From Euglena gracilis (taxonomy: Eukaryota), in assembly GCA_039621445.1 (NCBI GenBank), contig CP154954.1, positions 47,037,847-47,101,846 of the forward strand: a stretch of DNA of 64,000 nt, given 5' to 3'. Made by a program: the position numbers and the translations under genes. The number at the start of each line of letters is the position of its first letter. Position 1 is the stretch's first letter. Below, one piece after another: positions 37,845 through 51,312 of this stretch. The notes beneath the pieces were generated by a model, which had not been told where the DNA came from, did no database searches, and worked only from the letters and a program-made list of their open reading frames with translations.

Positions 37845-39703
37845 TTAGAGGAATGGGGTCGGGCCATCTTCAAACACTTGCCATACATTGCAGCCCCAAT
37901 GGCCGACGGGCCACAGGCCACAGCCCTTTCTTTTTGCTGAGAATATGGTGTGTCCACCTTTGGTGTGGCTACCTCCAAACTGCGGTGGCAAAATCAAGCT
38001 TGCGCTGTCACGACGCGACCGCGTGCGAGGCGGGTAGTTGGGAGTGTGTGTAGAAGTTGATTTTCCGGTGCCTCGGACTGTGGTCCAGCCTTTGGCACTG
38101 TTTGCTTTGTTTTGCTGAACGGGTTGGTGCCATTTCTGGTGGGGCTGGCTGCCTCCAGGAGCTTGTTGGGCTCTTGGTGCATGCCCCGGCTCTCGCCTTT
38201 TTTGTCCCCAGGGACCCCCTTTGGCTGTGACTGGAGGACCAGGGTTTTTGGCCTCGCCTATCCGCTCCCCTTCCTTCCAGTCGTGGCTCTCCTCTTCTGC
38301 TGCCATTTCTGTGTCCCCATCAGAAGAGAACCTCTCTTTTCCTGACGCCCTCGCCTGGCGCCTCTGTTCTCTGTGCTCTGTTTGTTCGCTCTGGTACCAT
38401 TGAGGTTGGGTCCTGGTGCGTGTGCTTCGCCTGGGCTTGCTCTCCAGCAGTACCTCGGTTTCTGCCCATGCCAAACCGACATGCTGCCACTCGGCCTCCT
38501 CCTCCAGCTGTATGCGCCCTCCTCTCCCAAACCACAGTGGCGTTGCAGGTCTTCTTCTACTTGCAAGGTGTTTAGCTGACCGCCTCCGGCAACCCAGAGT
38601 GCCCAACACCTTGCCAGTCGGTCGGACGCCTCCCTGTGCTGGTAATTTGCGTACCACGCTTCTCTGTCATCCACCCAATCCTTCGCATCCCCCAGCTTCT
38701 GAAAAGCCTCTTTGCTTTTTGGGTGGGAACATTTATCCGGGTGGATCAGAAGGCTGATCCTCTTGTAGACTGCCGTGCAATCCTGGCTGGGTGTGTTTTC
38801 CTGGACCCCCAAAGCTTGCCATGGAGTTGCTGCACCCAACACTCGTGTCACAGCTTCTCTCTGTTCAGGGGGGCAAAAATCGGCTGCAAAACTCATCAGC
38901 ATCTCCACGTCGTCATCAATGGAAACACTGCCCTGGCGACTCGCTTCGACTTTCTCCCTCCTGATCTTTGCTCTGCGCTTCTGCGCAGCTTTCTGGTAAG
39001 CTTTGGCTTTGTTCTCAGCCCTGGTTGGCACCACAAGCAGCGGTTTCCTCACCTTCCAGTGGGTTGTGTGGTGGCTCCTCTCTGGATCTGGGCTTCCATC
39101 CATCAGGATCGCGTCATAATGTCCCCTGTTTTGGTGGAACACCACCCGCCTGAGGGGACCCGTGGAGCCATATTGCGTACACTCTTGCCAATGGTCACCA
39201 TGGTCCAGAAACACCCGCAGTCTGAATTTCAAGACAGAAGGCAACAAAGCCAGCTCCGGTTCTTCAGCCCAATGGATATGGCTGACCACTGAAGCTAGAT
39301 ATCCCTCCTTGTCCCAGCCCAGGGTTGTCAGGATCTGTCCCACAGACATTCCCAAGCCAGGCATCTCCGTATCCCATTCCTCCCTGACGTAAGCTGCCAC
39401 TTTGCGGCGCAGTTCCAATGCCACAGTGCCCTCGTTAGACATGGCGGCGCAATGGAACAGACACGACCCATCCGGGGCTGCTAACCACAAGGTTGCTTGG
39501 TTTTTCCTGACTATTTCCCCGTTGTGCCCACAGCAACGTTGGCATGCCGGCTGCTGTTGGACTGGGACCTTGTGCTGGAATGGGCACCCAACGTCTCGGT
39601 ACAAACAACCGCTTCCAAACCGGCAGAGTTTCTTTGCAAATGGTGCAGCTTTGCTGTGCTCCGTGCCCTCCTTCTGCACTTGCAGCCTGACCACACGCGT
39701 CAT
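37845..39703 (-). pseudogene. Intronless mobile-element-type ORF: CCCH finger + OTU protease + DnaJ domain, frameshifted into a RIGEAKNPGP-containing tail
   Basis: CRFGSGCLYRDVGCPFQH; APDGSCLFH...WAEEPEL...RGHYD (OTU triad); PWQALGV...YKRISLLIHPDKCSHPKSKEAFQKL (J domain). The frame changes near 38520 to the 37845-38657 frame, which contains RRSTRTRTQPQWY and RIGEAKNPGP (38264-38235). Confidence 0.8.
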
Positions 39704-39854
39704 TTTGCGGAACCACGAACGCACCCCCCCCTGCCTACAACTATAGGCCCCCCCGGGGGCCAATACCCTCACCCCCCCCCTATTTGGCTTATGGCCGGGC
39801 CCCTTCAGACCCCCAATTAGCCAATTGGGGGGGGGACAATTAAGGGGGGTGGGG

Positions 39855-42447
39855 GTCGCTGAGCTCTTATCTCTTTAGAGTAAGAGCGAAGCTTACCACC
39901 GGGGCCGGAGGGGGGGTCGGACCCCCCCGCCCCCCCCGCCCGCCCCCCCCCCCCCCCCCCCCGCCCCCCCCCCCGCCCCCCCCCCGCCCCTCCTGGCTAG
40001 GTAGTGAAATCCCGGGATTATCGATGTGACTGGATTTCGTGGCCCCCAAAGTGAATAGCCTATAGGTTAGGAGAGGTTTCCTAGTACCTCCGGAGCCCTT
40101 CGGTTACCCGCAACTCTCCGCCAGTCCGGAGATATGGCCCGAGCAAAAAAGTTGTGTACCGTTTTTTTTTCCGGGGAAATTGCAGGGTCATTTTGGGGTC
40201 AAAAAATCGATAATTTCAAAATATCTCGAAAACGCCGGGGAGTTGCGAAAAATTAAAGAGGACGTCATTCCACAACTTTGGGACGCCCGATCGATCGGTA
40301 TGCGCGGTTTGGGCCAACTCCCCGCCTAGCCCGAGATACGGCCGTTTTGGGGTTTTGGGCCAGTTGGGCCAGTTTTGGCCATTTCGGGCCCGTTCGGGGC
40401 CCGAAACCGTAATTTGCCCGTATCTCGGGCCAGACGAGGAGTTGGAACCCAAACCAGGGGGTCAATCATTAGGTTTTTTTTTTTTTTTTTGGGGTTCCCG
40501 GGGTCTGGTTGTGCGATTTTGGGCCATTTTTGGGTATTCGGGGACCCCTGCAGAGGTTCGAGGGCTGCCGGGCTGGGGGTCAAAAAATCGAAAAATTCAA
40601 AATATCTCGAAAACGCTGTGGAGTTGAGGAAAAGTAAAGCGGACGTCCACAACTTTTGGACGCCCTATCGATCGGTATGCGCGGTTTGGGCCAACTCCTC
40701 GCCTAGCCCGAGATATGGCCGTTTTGGGGTTTTGGGCCAGTTTTGGCCATTTCGGGCCTGTTTGGGCCCGAAACCGTACATTGGCCGTATCTCGGGCTAG
40801 ACGAGGAGTTGGGACCCAAACCAGGGGGTCAATCATTAGGTTTAGGGGGGGGTTTTGACCGTTTTTTGGGGTTCCCGGGGTCTGGTTGCGCGATTTTGGG
40901 CCAGTTTTGGGTATTCGGGGACCCCTGCAGGCACCGTGAGGGCAGATGGTTGGGTGGCAGGGCCCCCTCCTGGCCGGTGGACTTAGCCATTTTTGGGTCA
41001 AAAAGTCGAAAAAATTCGAAAAAATTTTTTTGCCCAAAACCATGATTTTTGACCTCCCGGATCCGAAAAAAGTGTTTTCGAGCCAAAAATGAGTGTTTTT
41101 CGACCCGCCAGCGCCCCGTTTTGGGCCGCCAATCCATTGACTTTGGGTCAAAACCGGGTCAAAAAAGTCGAAAAAAATCAAAAAAAATTTTTTTGCCCAG
41201 AACAATGTTTTTTGGCCTCCCGGACCCGGAAAAAGTGTTTTGAGCCGAAAATGCGTGTTTTTCCCGGGCCGGGCCGGAGTGGTCTCCCAAAGAGCTCAGC
41301 TCTACGTCACACCCTGGTCGCTGAGCTCTTATCTCTTTAGAGTAAGAGCGAAGCTTACCACCCCGGCGACGGGGGGGTCGGACCCCCCCGCCCCCCCTGG
41401 GTAGGTCCGTAAACCCCGGGATTATCGATGTGATTGGTTTTCCGGGCCCCCAAAGTGAATAGCCTATAGGTTAGGAGAGGATTTCTAGTTTCTAACGAGC
41501 CCTCACTTTACCGGCAACTCCCCGACAGTCCGGAGATATGGCCCGAGCAAAAAAGTTGTCTACCGTTTTTTTCCAAAGAAATTTTGTTGGACCGGCAAAA
41601 GGGGTCATTTTTGGGGTCAAAAAATCGAAAAATTCAAAATATCTCGAAAACGCTGGGGAGTTGAGAAAAAGTAAAGAGTACCTCATTCCACAACTTTGGG
41701 ACGCCCTATCCACCGGTATGCGCGGTTTGGGCCAACTCCCCGCCTGGGCCGAGATATGGCCGTTTTGTGGTTTCGCCACGGGGGGACTCTGCCAAAAAGG
41801 GGTCATTTTTGGGGTCAAAAAAATCGAAAAATTCAAAATATCTCGAAAACGCTGGGGAGTTGAGAAAAAGTAAAGAGTACCTCATTCCACAACTTTGGGA
41901 CGCCCTATCCACCGGTATGCGCGGTTTGGGCCAACGCCCCGCCTGGGCCGAGATATGGCCGTTTTGTGGTTTCGCCACGGGGGGACTCTGCCAAAAAGGG
42001 GTCATTTTTGGGGTCAAAAACGCCACGGGGGGACTCTGCCATTTGGAGCCCAAAACAGGCCAAAAAAACCAGTTTTTGCAAAATATCTCCAAAATGGTGG
42101 GGAGTTGAAAAAAATATCCGGAGAAGCCCTTGGAACGCCCTATCTAGTGGTATTTTGATTTCCACGCAACTCCCCGCCTGGCCCGAGATACGGCCGTTTT
42201 TCGGCCCGGATGGCCGTTTTGTACGCTTTTCCCACTGTGACCGACTCAGCCATTTTAGGTCAAAAAAGTTGAAAAAATCGAAAAAAATTTTTTGCCCAAA
42301 ACCATGTTTTTTGGCCTCCCGGACCCGTAAAAACTGTTTTTGAGCCGAAAACAAACATTTTTCGACCTCCCGCCCCCCGTTTTGGGCCTGAATCCGAATC
42401 CAGGGCCGGGGTGGTCTCCCAAAGAGCTCAGCTCTCGTCACACCCTG
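39855..42447 (+). mobile_element. Head-to-tail dimer of the asymmetric-IR element (39855-41316, 41317-42447)
   Basis: Each unit starts GTCGCTGAGCTCTTATCTCTTTAGAGTAAGAGC and ends AAGAGCTCAGCTCT(A)CGTCACACCCTG; internal tandem repeats of ~180-370 bp. Confidence 0.9.
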
Positions 42448-42794
42448 GTAATTGTAGGCTGCCATATGTGCATGCATACAAGTACAAATATGTGGCTTTT
42501 CATGCAATTCTTGTCTATCAGTGGTCCTTTAACTCTCTGCAGTCCCACCTACCCAAAACTGACCCCCCACCAACCATGAATTCTCATCTGTGGGTGATCA
42601 TACTGGTGCAGAATACTCATTTGGCCTTATGTGGATCGTCTCTGGGTGATTTGGGCCATCCAACCCCACCCGGGCCTCAATTTGGGCAATTTTCTGTGAA
42701 ATGACGATGTTAAGTAGGGTAAAGTTTATGAATGCGGACTCAGTCGGCCCCCCCCCTTGTGGGGTCCTATAGCTTCCGTATATATTTATATACA

Positions 42795-44735
42795 TCAGTG
42801 TGAACAGATTTCAACGTCTTGGAAATTGACTAACTCTTCCTCAGCTTTTGGCCAATATGGCCCAAATTTCCCATGCGGTCGAAAGTCCCTCTCACCTGAG
42901 AACAAAAATGGGGGGATTATCAAAAGCCTCTGATAGAAGGAGAGACCTGATGCGCAACCCGGTGTCCAAGACACCAGGACGCTCCCGAAGGAGCGTTGGG
43001 GCACAGTTCTTAAAATCTATTTCCTGGGCCCAACGCTACTTCCATTGGAAACTGTTAGCGTTGGTTGATTTCCAAGCTGGCGCCAATAATTGTCAGTCGA
43101 TTTCCAAGACAGAAATTTGTTGCTGGCCAGATTCAACCGCTTCGGGGTCAAAAAAATGGCTTCTCAAATTATTTTGAAAATGTCAGGGAATCAGAGGAAG
43201 CCTGGGGGGGGGGGGAGTGAAACCCTGGGGACCCTCTATCACCCCATGCAGGGCCACCTGCGTGCCTGGCCCATTTTGCGCTGCTTTCGCCAGTTTCAGC
43301 TTGGTCATGAAAAGAGCTTTGAAAACATGCAAAAAAGCATTGCACAAGCAATAAATGAATGGCTACCTGCAAATGAGATCACGAACAATAATAAATTTCC
43401 TGCAGATGGAGAGGTTCCATTTGCATTTCCAAAAGGAGTGAAATACGGTGATGACGGTATTGATGATGGACAACAATGACGAACAATCCTCAAATCTCGT
43501 GCTTCTGAGAAGAGAAAATGGAATTTCCCACAAGTGCAGATAACCTTGCTAGCTATGTCCCTGGAGAGGTTTCCCCAGAAGACAAATAAAAAAACGATGC
43601 ATTGTTTGTTGGTTGCTGGGCGCGCAAATCATCAGATGGGTCAGCATCGCGGACTTTGTCCAACGAACAAAATAGAAACCAGCCATTTCGGCGGAAAATT
43701 GGGAACGACGCCTGCCGTACACGTGACCTATTGTTGAGAAAATGTGTTCCAAATTGGCAGAACTTGCCAAACAATTGCAAAGGCGTAAGCCACCCCTGTC
43801 AAACCCATAGGAAAACCGGACATCTTGCCTGCCAACCACCAAGCAACAGGATCACCTTTTTGTTTGATCAAGGCAGGATGAAATGGTGGGGATTCAGTCA
43901 AATATGCATTCAGTGCACATGCGATGTCTGACCCTTCTGCAAATTGATGAGCCAAATCCAGTTGTGCCGGGGTCAAACTCCTCCCAAAAAAATGGGCATC
44001 CAACTCATTTGCCAACAAAAAGAAGGAGCAATTTAAAATTTGTTTGCTTCTCTCCAAACCCAAATTATACCCTCCTGCTTTTGTGGGAATGCGTTCTTGC
44101 ACTATTCGACAGCCTCCACCAACGTTCCTTTTGTGCGTTGCATCAAATCCAACATTTCAACAACAGGCATTCAACACTTGCATAAGCCGTCGCCCAGCCG
44201 TCGGCAAGCCGCGTGACCCACAGGAAAATGACCCGAGCCACATCCTTGCAATGAAAAAGCAATTTCTCCATCAATCTCCCCTCCAGGTCATGGTCATTGT
44301 TGTGGAGGCTGTATTTTTGCCCATTTGAGGCTTTTTTCGCCAATTTTTGTCAATTTTGCCAATTTTGGATTTTTGCGACTGGAACCAACCCCAAAAAAAC
44401 CTTTTTCTTTCTATGTTCCACAAATCCTTTACAAAAAGTGCCTTGACACTGTACTGTTCAGGGGGGGAACAGTGAGGGGGGGGGGCATGGTATTAACACA
44501 CCAAATTAGGGATTCAAATTTCAGCATCATCCGAAATTAGGCATTTGCCACTCAAAATAAAGGATTGACACATGGAATTAGGAATTTGCTCCTCAGAATT
44601 GGGAGTTGGCACATTAAATGGGGAATTTGCCTTTGAAAATTCGGAACTGGCTACCCAAAAGCGGCGTAACAACATAAACCAGCTTCCGTCACACCGTCGG
44701 GCAGGCGTCGGGAAGCCGTCAACTGGCCATGGGCC
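42795..44735 (-). CDS. Probable exons of an unidentified host gene
   Basis: Non-repetitive, coding-like blocks with splice-like ends (e.g. LHNNDHDLEGRLMEKLLFHCKDVAR, QASFPIFRRNGWFLFCSLDKVRD); no recognisable domain. Confidence 0.3.
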
Positions 44736-45534
44736 AGCCGTGTGCTCCACCGCTCAGGGTTGGGCACGTCATTTTCCAAGTCAAGCAATTAACCATGGTT
44801 AATTGGGGGTCAATTAACCAATTTTTGATTAACCATGCATTTCCCTCGATTAATTTCGATTAACTGACATTGGATCAATTTTTTCCAAAAAAATCACATC
44901 CTTTTCCGGCGTAAAAAAAAATGCAAAAAATGTTGAAAAAAATAAAAGGAAAATTTCGTAAAAAAACTCACGATGAAACACCTAAACCACACTTGGAATT
45001 CCATTAAGTTCAAAATATGCCAAAATGGTCAAAAACATCCAATATGTTAAAATATGCATTCATGCGTCCAAAAAAAAACAACAACAAAAAACGGCTTCCA
45101 AAAAAACAAGTTGCCAACTATAGAGGCTAGATAGTCCACTTCGGGACCCCGAACCCCCCCTCCCCCCCTCCCCCCCTCCGGGAAGTCAAAATGTCTAGTT
45201 CAGTTCGGAAGTGAACAGGGGGGGTCCCAGCCCCCCCCCCCTCCGTGTACCTGGGCTCCTATGCATTATTTTTATTTTATTTCACAGTTGTATTGTTATT
45301 TTTTATTAGCAATGTTGATATTAAATGGGAAATATATTTTGGGATTAAACCGACGTTTGGGACGCCGGGCTCAGGACAGAACCGGCGTCCCCCCCCACGG
45401 GTTTTCCGGACGCCGGTTCTGTCCTAAAACCCGGCGTTAGGAACGCCGGTTTTGTCCAAAACCCGGCGTCCGTTTTTTCATTCCAAAAAATGTCATCAAA
45501 AGTGCCCAAAAATGTGGCACTTTTGTGGCACACC

Positions 45535-46995
45535 CCCCGTGGCGAACCCTCAAAACGGCCGTATCTCGGCCCAGGCGGGGAGTTGGCCCAAACCGCGCAT
45601 ACCGGTGGAAAGGGCGTCCCAAAGTTGTGGAATGAGGTACTCTTTACTTTTTTTTCAACTCCCCGGCGTTTTCGAGATATTTTGAATTTTTCGATTTTTT
45701 GACCCCAAAAATGACCCCCTGTTGCCGGTCCAACAAAAGTTCTTTGAAAAAAAACGGTAGACAACTTTTTTGCTCGGGCCAGATCTCCGGCCTGGCGCGG
45801 AGTTGCGGGCAAAGTGAGGGCTCTGGACAAACTAGGGACCGTCTCCTAACCTATAGGCTATTAACTTTTCGGGTCCCGAAATCAGGTCACATCGATAATC
45901 CGCGGGTGCCCGGGCCTACTCAGGGGGGGGGGGGCGGGGGGCGGGGGGGGGGGGGCGGGGGGGGGGGGGGGTCAGGGGGGGGTTTCGGGGGGGTGGTAAG
46001 CTTCGCTCTTACTCTAAAGAGATAAGAGCTCAGCGACCAGGGTGTGACGTAGAGCTGAGCTCTTTGGGGGACCACTCCGGCCTGGCCCGGGAAAAACGCT
46101 CATTTTCGGCTCAAAAACATGTTTTCCGGGTCAAGTAGGCCAAAAAACATGGTTTTGGGTCAAAAAAATTTTTTTCGATTTTTTTCGACTTTTTTGACCC
46201 GGTTTGGACCCAAAGTCAATGGGTTGGCAAACCAAAATGGGGCGCTGGCGGGTCGAAAAATGCTTATTTTCAGCTCAAAAACACTTTTTCCGGGTCCGGG
46301 AGGCCAAAAAACATGGTTTTGGCCGAAAAAAAAATTTTCGATTTTTTTTCGACTTTTTGGCCCGAAAACGGCTAAGTCGGACAGTGGGAAAAGTGTACAA
46401 AACGGCCATTTGGACCGAAAAACGGCCATATCTCGGGCCAGGCGGGGAGTTGGCCCAAACTGCGCATACCAGTGGATAGGGCGTCCCAAAGTTGTGGAAT
46501 GAGGTACTCTTTGGTTTTTCTCAACTCCCCAGCGTTTTCGAGATATTTTGAATTTTTCGATTTTTTGACCCCAAAATGACCCCTTTTTGGCAGAGTCCCC
46601 CCCCGGCAAAACCACAAAACGGCCATATCTCGGCCCAGGCGGGGAGTTGGCCCAAACCGCGCATACGGGTGGATCGGGCGTCCCAAAGTTGTGGAATGAG
46701 GTACTCTTCAGTTTTTCTCAACTCCCCGGCGTTTTCGAGATATTTTGAATTTTTCGATTTTTTGACCCCCAAAATGACCCCCTGTTGCCGGTCCAACAAA
46801 CTTTCTTTGGAAAAAAAACGGTAGACAACTTTTTTGCTCGGGCCACATCTCCGGACTGGCGGGGAGTTGGGGGCAAAGTGAGGGCTCTGGACAAACTAGG
46901 GACCATCTCCTAACCTATAGGCTATTAACTTCTCGGGTCCGGAAATCAGGTCACATCGATAATCCGCGGGTGCCATTGCCTACTCGAGGGGGGGG
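45535..46995 (-). mobile_element. Inverted, truncated dimer of the same element (junction 46037/46038)
   Basis: AAGAGCTCAGCGAC|CAGGGTGTGACGTAGAGCTGAGCTCTT is the reverse complement of the 41316/41317 junction. It is nested in another IR pair (45359-45390 / 47760-47790). Confidence 0.85.
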
Positions 46996-49900
46996 GGTGA
47001 TATGACTGTTTTAACCATGTGGGACAATGAATTTTGCCATTTGGGGGCCATTGGGGTGGAAACCCAATTTTGGTGAAATTGGCCCTGTTTTGGAAATAGA
47101 GTACCGTGCACCGTGGAAAAATCTGATGAGCACCGCCGGTCGTCTGTTGAAAAGAGCTTTCGATCGAGGGGTAACTTGGCACCCTAACGTTGCACGCAGC
47201 CTGAGATACGCTCGCGATCGTCGATCGGCCAGAATCTGAGTTGAAGTTTGTGGTAATTTTTGGTGATTTTTGGTTTAAGATGCTGAATAAACCTTACAGA
47301 AACGATTTTTCTCTTTGAATCAACGACCTGAGGGGTCTAGGGGGGCACAAGAATTGTGAAATTAGGATTTCCCTGCAACAAGAAAGAAGGCTGCCAGGCG
47401 GCGTGGCTGAATTTGGTGATCATCACCAGTCGTCTGATGAAAAGACCTTTCGATTGAGGGGTGAGTTTGTACCTGGACGATTGACACAGCCCGAAATACC
47501 CTCGCGATCGCCGGAATTTGGTGAAATGCAAAGGGCGTGACATTGCCGATCAGTGGTTGGAGATTGGTCCTGGGAGGGTTTTTTGACCGAAGGGTGGGGA
47601 CGTGCCGCTTTAAACAAAGGGACAATTCACGGAAGCATTTCCTTTTCCATGACTTTTTCTTCATTCTTAGGCCGCCATTCAAATGACCTGTAAGATGACT
47701 CGGAAAAATTTGTCAAAAAAAAAGAGAGTTCAAAGAATTCTACTAAAAAAGGGGCGGCGGACGCCGGTTCTGTCCTGAACCCAGCGTCCCGGATGCCGGT
47801 TCCGTCCTTCGGAACCGGCGGAACGGGCCTCTGGGGAACATTGTGAAGAGAGAGTGGCATCCAAATGACCCAAGCATATCAATAGGCACCCCCAAAAAAA
47901 CTCCGTTGCAAAACACCCTTGAAGTGGAAGGAAAACCCTTTTCTTTTTCTGCAAATCAGCTTGATTCGTGAAGTTGCTCATTGAGGGCTTTTTTTTTGAG
48001 TGATGGAGAAATTCAAAGATTTTCCAACATTCCAATTCCAAGTGCGAAAAAGCACGCGCTTTTCGCTGGCCACGATTGACCGAGAATGCCTCCACCACCG
48101 TGCTGCTCTGCCCAAAATTCCAGGGGTTTTGGAGGTCACGGATCAGCACCTGTTGTGCTGCACATTCAAAAACCTTTGCAAGTGGCACACTTCAATCTGA
48201 GACTTTCTTAATTCCTTGGCACAACGATGTAGCTTCCAAGCCAAGAAGGAACAACGGTCTGACGAAAACACCCGCCTGGTCACATTTTTTTTCCACGCCT
48301 TGATGGCGACGGACCCATGGCGATTGACTTCACCATTTGTCACACCCTAAATTGTGCCCTCGTCGCAAAAGCAGTTCCCACGTTTCAATGTCCATCAAAA
48401 TATCACCCCCAACCACCAAAACGGTGAAGTTCACCGGTGGAGTCCCCCCGTACAACCCAACCTCCAAAGGGAGAATTCTCCATCCAAGGAAGAACATCTT
48501 GGGGAAATGGTGCAGTCAGGAGGCCAGGTGCCCGGGCGGTTCAGACCGGAAATGTTGACTTCCCAGAGTGGGGGGAGGAGATCAGGCAGTAACTTGCAGG
48601 ATTTTGGTAGGGTGGTGACTGAAATTTCCGGCCCCTGAAATTTCGCAAAATTTCACGATTTTTTACTTTTCTTTCTCGCCACTAGCCAATAGCAGGGTGT
48701 TGACTGAAATTTCCGGCCCCTGAAATTTCACGACATTTCACGATTTTTTACTTTTCTTTCCGACCACCTTTCACGAATGTCACCACCCTGGATTTTGGAC
48801 CCACCCTCCCCCCCCCCTGGGTGAAATTCACCATTTGAAACTTCACCGGGGGTCCGGACCCCCTCTCCAGCGTTGACGTCTTTTTTTTTGCATCTGTGAA
48901 CAGAAGCCCGGCACCTGCCCTGGGTTTCGTGGACATGATCACGGATTACGGGGCATTAATTGGTTAATCAACGTCCTGATAATCGTGAACAACCTGTTCA
49001 CGATCATCAGGCGTCCAAATAAGCATGGCTTACTTCCTCACCCCACAATAGGCGAAGAACCCCCAAAATTTTGGTGTCCAGAAAATGTGGAATCAAACAC
49101 AGAGTTTTAAGCGTGACATTTAAGGCTTTTTGAAAGAATTTTTCATCCACTGCACAACCTTGCCATCTTCCTTGAAGAAATGTTCCCAACCCGGACATTT
49201 CTTCTTTCTGCAAAAAAAAGAAGCGATTAACTGGGGGGACAAGCGATTAACTGGGGGGACAAGCGATTAACCAGTTTTCGGTTAATGGTGGTTAATTGTC
49301 CCCCCCACAAACGAACGATTAATTGGGGGGGTCACAAGCGATTAACCGTTTTCGATTAACCATCCTACCTTGCACCGCTGGGTTGGTCAAATTTTGCATC
49401 CCTCACCCCCCCCCTCAAAGTGTCCCCCCCAAAGTGGCCAAACTTTTGGCAAATTTTGGTTTAGCCCCCCCAAAGTGGCCATTTTCCTTCGGCGCCAAGG
49501 CGCCGAGGGCCAAAATTCACCCCCCAAGTGCCCCCCCCCTCAGAGTGGCCATTTTGGGGTCCCATGATGCCTGGAGGGTGGCATAATGGGCTTTTTTTAA
49601 AAAAGCATGTTTCAATTTGAGTTTGAATAAACACATTTTTGAAAAAAAGACACAAAAAACATAAAAAAAAAGGGGAAATTTGATTGAAAAAAACTTGTTA
49701 CAAAACACCCAAACCATACTTTGAACGTTCAAAAACTGCCAAAAATGGTAAAAACATCCCCCCGCAAAAATGCAATTTTATGACTTTTTTCATTTTTGTG
49801 GAAAGAGGTTTTGGCAGAAATCACCCAAAAGTTGCCAAAAAATGATTGAAAATATGCATTCAAAATTTTTTTCCGCCAAACCTTGGACGTTTTTTTATAA

Positions 49901-50738
49901 AAAACATTGTAAGAGATTTAAAAAAAAATAAAAAAACGTCAAAAAAACAGGTGTGCCCACTGTGGAGGGGGGCCACTTTGGGGGGGGGGAGGGTAAACAA
50001 GCTAGCAGCCAAGAGGTGGTCCATTTGGGTATGAAAAGACCCCCCCACCCTCCCGTGCAGATGATTCAATTGACCAGCAAGCTGGGCCAGGAGCGAAGTT
50101 AGTGCCAGCCATTAACAGACAAGAAGCCTTAGTGCAACTGAGGGGGACCAGGAGCCCTCCCCCCATCCAAAACGAGCCATTTCACCACCCCAAAACAACC
50201 CTACCCCAAAATCCAAAAACCTCAAATAAAATCCAAATACTCAATTCATTAAATTTGTGCCTTGGAGAGTCAAGGGGGTTCACCCGTGACCCCCCCCCTC
50301 AGGACTCATCCTAAGACCCTTTTCAGCAAAATTTTTCAGAAACAAATTGGTTGGAGATGCCTAATTTGAATACATATTCAGGTAAATTACTAATTCTGAG
50401 GCATAAATTTTACAAATTTTGGGGATGGTGATTTCTAATTTGGTGTCAGAATACAAATTTCAGGTGTGGGGATTCCTGATTTTTATGCAATTTCCCAAAA
50501 AATTTCTTGTTCGGTGATTCCTGATTCCCCTGACCCCCCCGTGACCCCCCCCCCCCGTGACCCGAACCACCTCCCAAAGCTACGAACTTCCCAAGGAAGA
50601 GAGATATTGCAGTTGAGAGCAGGCAAAACTGGACGGGTTCTAAGATCACCCCCATCCCCTATTGTTCCAAATTGAATTTTTTTGCGATTTTTGCGAAAAA
50701 AATTCCAAAACAAATTCTAGCGCCTGCATACCCGAAAT

Positions 50739-51312
50739 CATACTTGTAGTTGGTGCGCCGCGGTGCTCATGCCACGGCGCAAAACTTTTTTTTCCGCGGT
50801 GGTCGCGGCGCACAGAAAGATTTTTGCCGCGATTGTCGCGGCACAAGCAAAATTTATTGCCGCGGTGGTCGCGGCGCAAGGGGAAAATTTTTCCGCGGTG
50901 GTTGCGGCGCAAAAAAATTTTCTGCCCGGAGCTCAAGAATGTTGATGTGGAGGTCTCGCTTGACATGGTGAAAGCTGATCTGTGAAAACAAACAAGAACG
51001 TTTGCACAAAAGTTCACTCCCTGCCGCCAAATACCCTTCTCGGCCATGGTCGAGAAAGTATCAAAGAGGCTAGGCAGGGGAAGGGGCCGAAAGGAAGTAT
51101 ATGTGGGACACAATTTAAAAAGACAATTGCCGCGGTGGTCGCAACACAAACTTCAAAAGTTTCCGCGGCGGTCGTGGTGCACACATAAACCAGTGCCGCA
51201 GCATTCGCGGCGCACAAAATTTTTTTTGCCGCGGCGCTGCCGGTTACAAAAAAATTTTCCGGTCGCGGCGCACGAAAACATTTTTTTTCCGGTCGCACCA
51301 GCTACAAGTATG
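50739..51312. mobile_element. TIR element with CCGCGGTGGTCGC subterminal arrays
   Basis: CATACTTGTAGTTGGTGCG / CGCACCAGCTACAAGTATG inverted ends; unique ~190-bp core. Confidence 0.65.

Noticed and set aside
40200-42000. CRISPR-like regular repeats and recurring ORFs
   Set aside because: These are long tandem units without unique spacers, there are no cas genes, and the context is a eukaryotic TE interior.
47930-48420. Possible transposase relic
   Set aside because: It has coding-like composition but many stops and no convincing motif.
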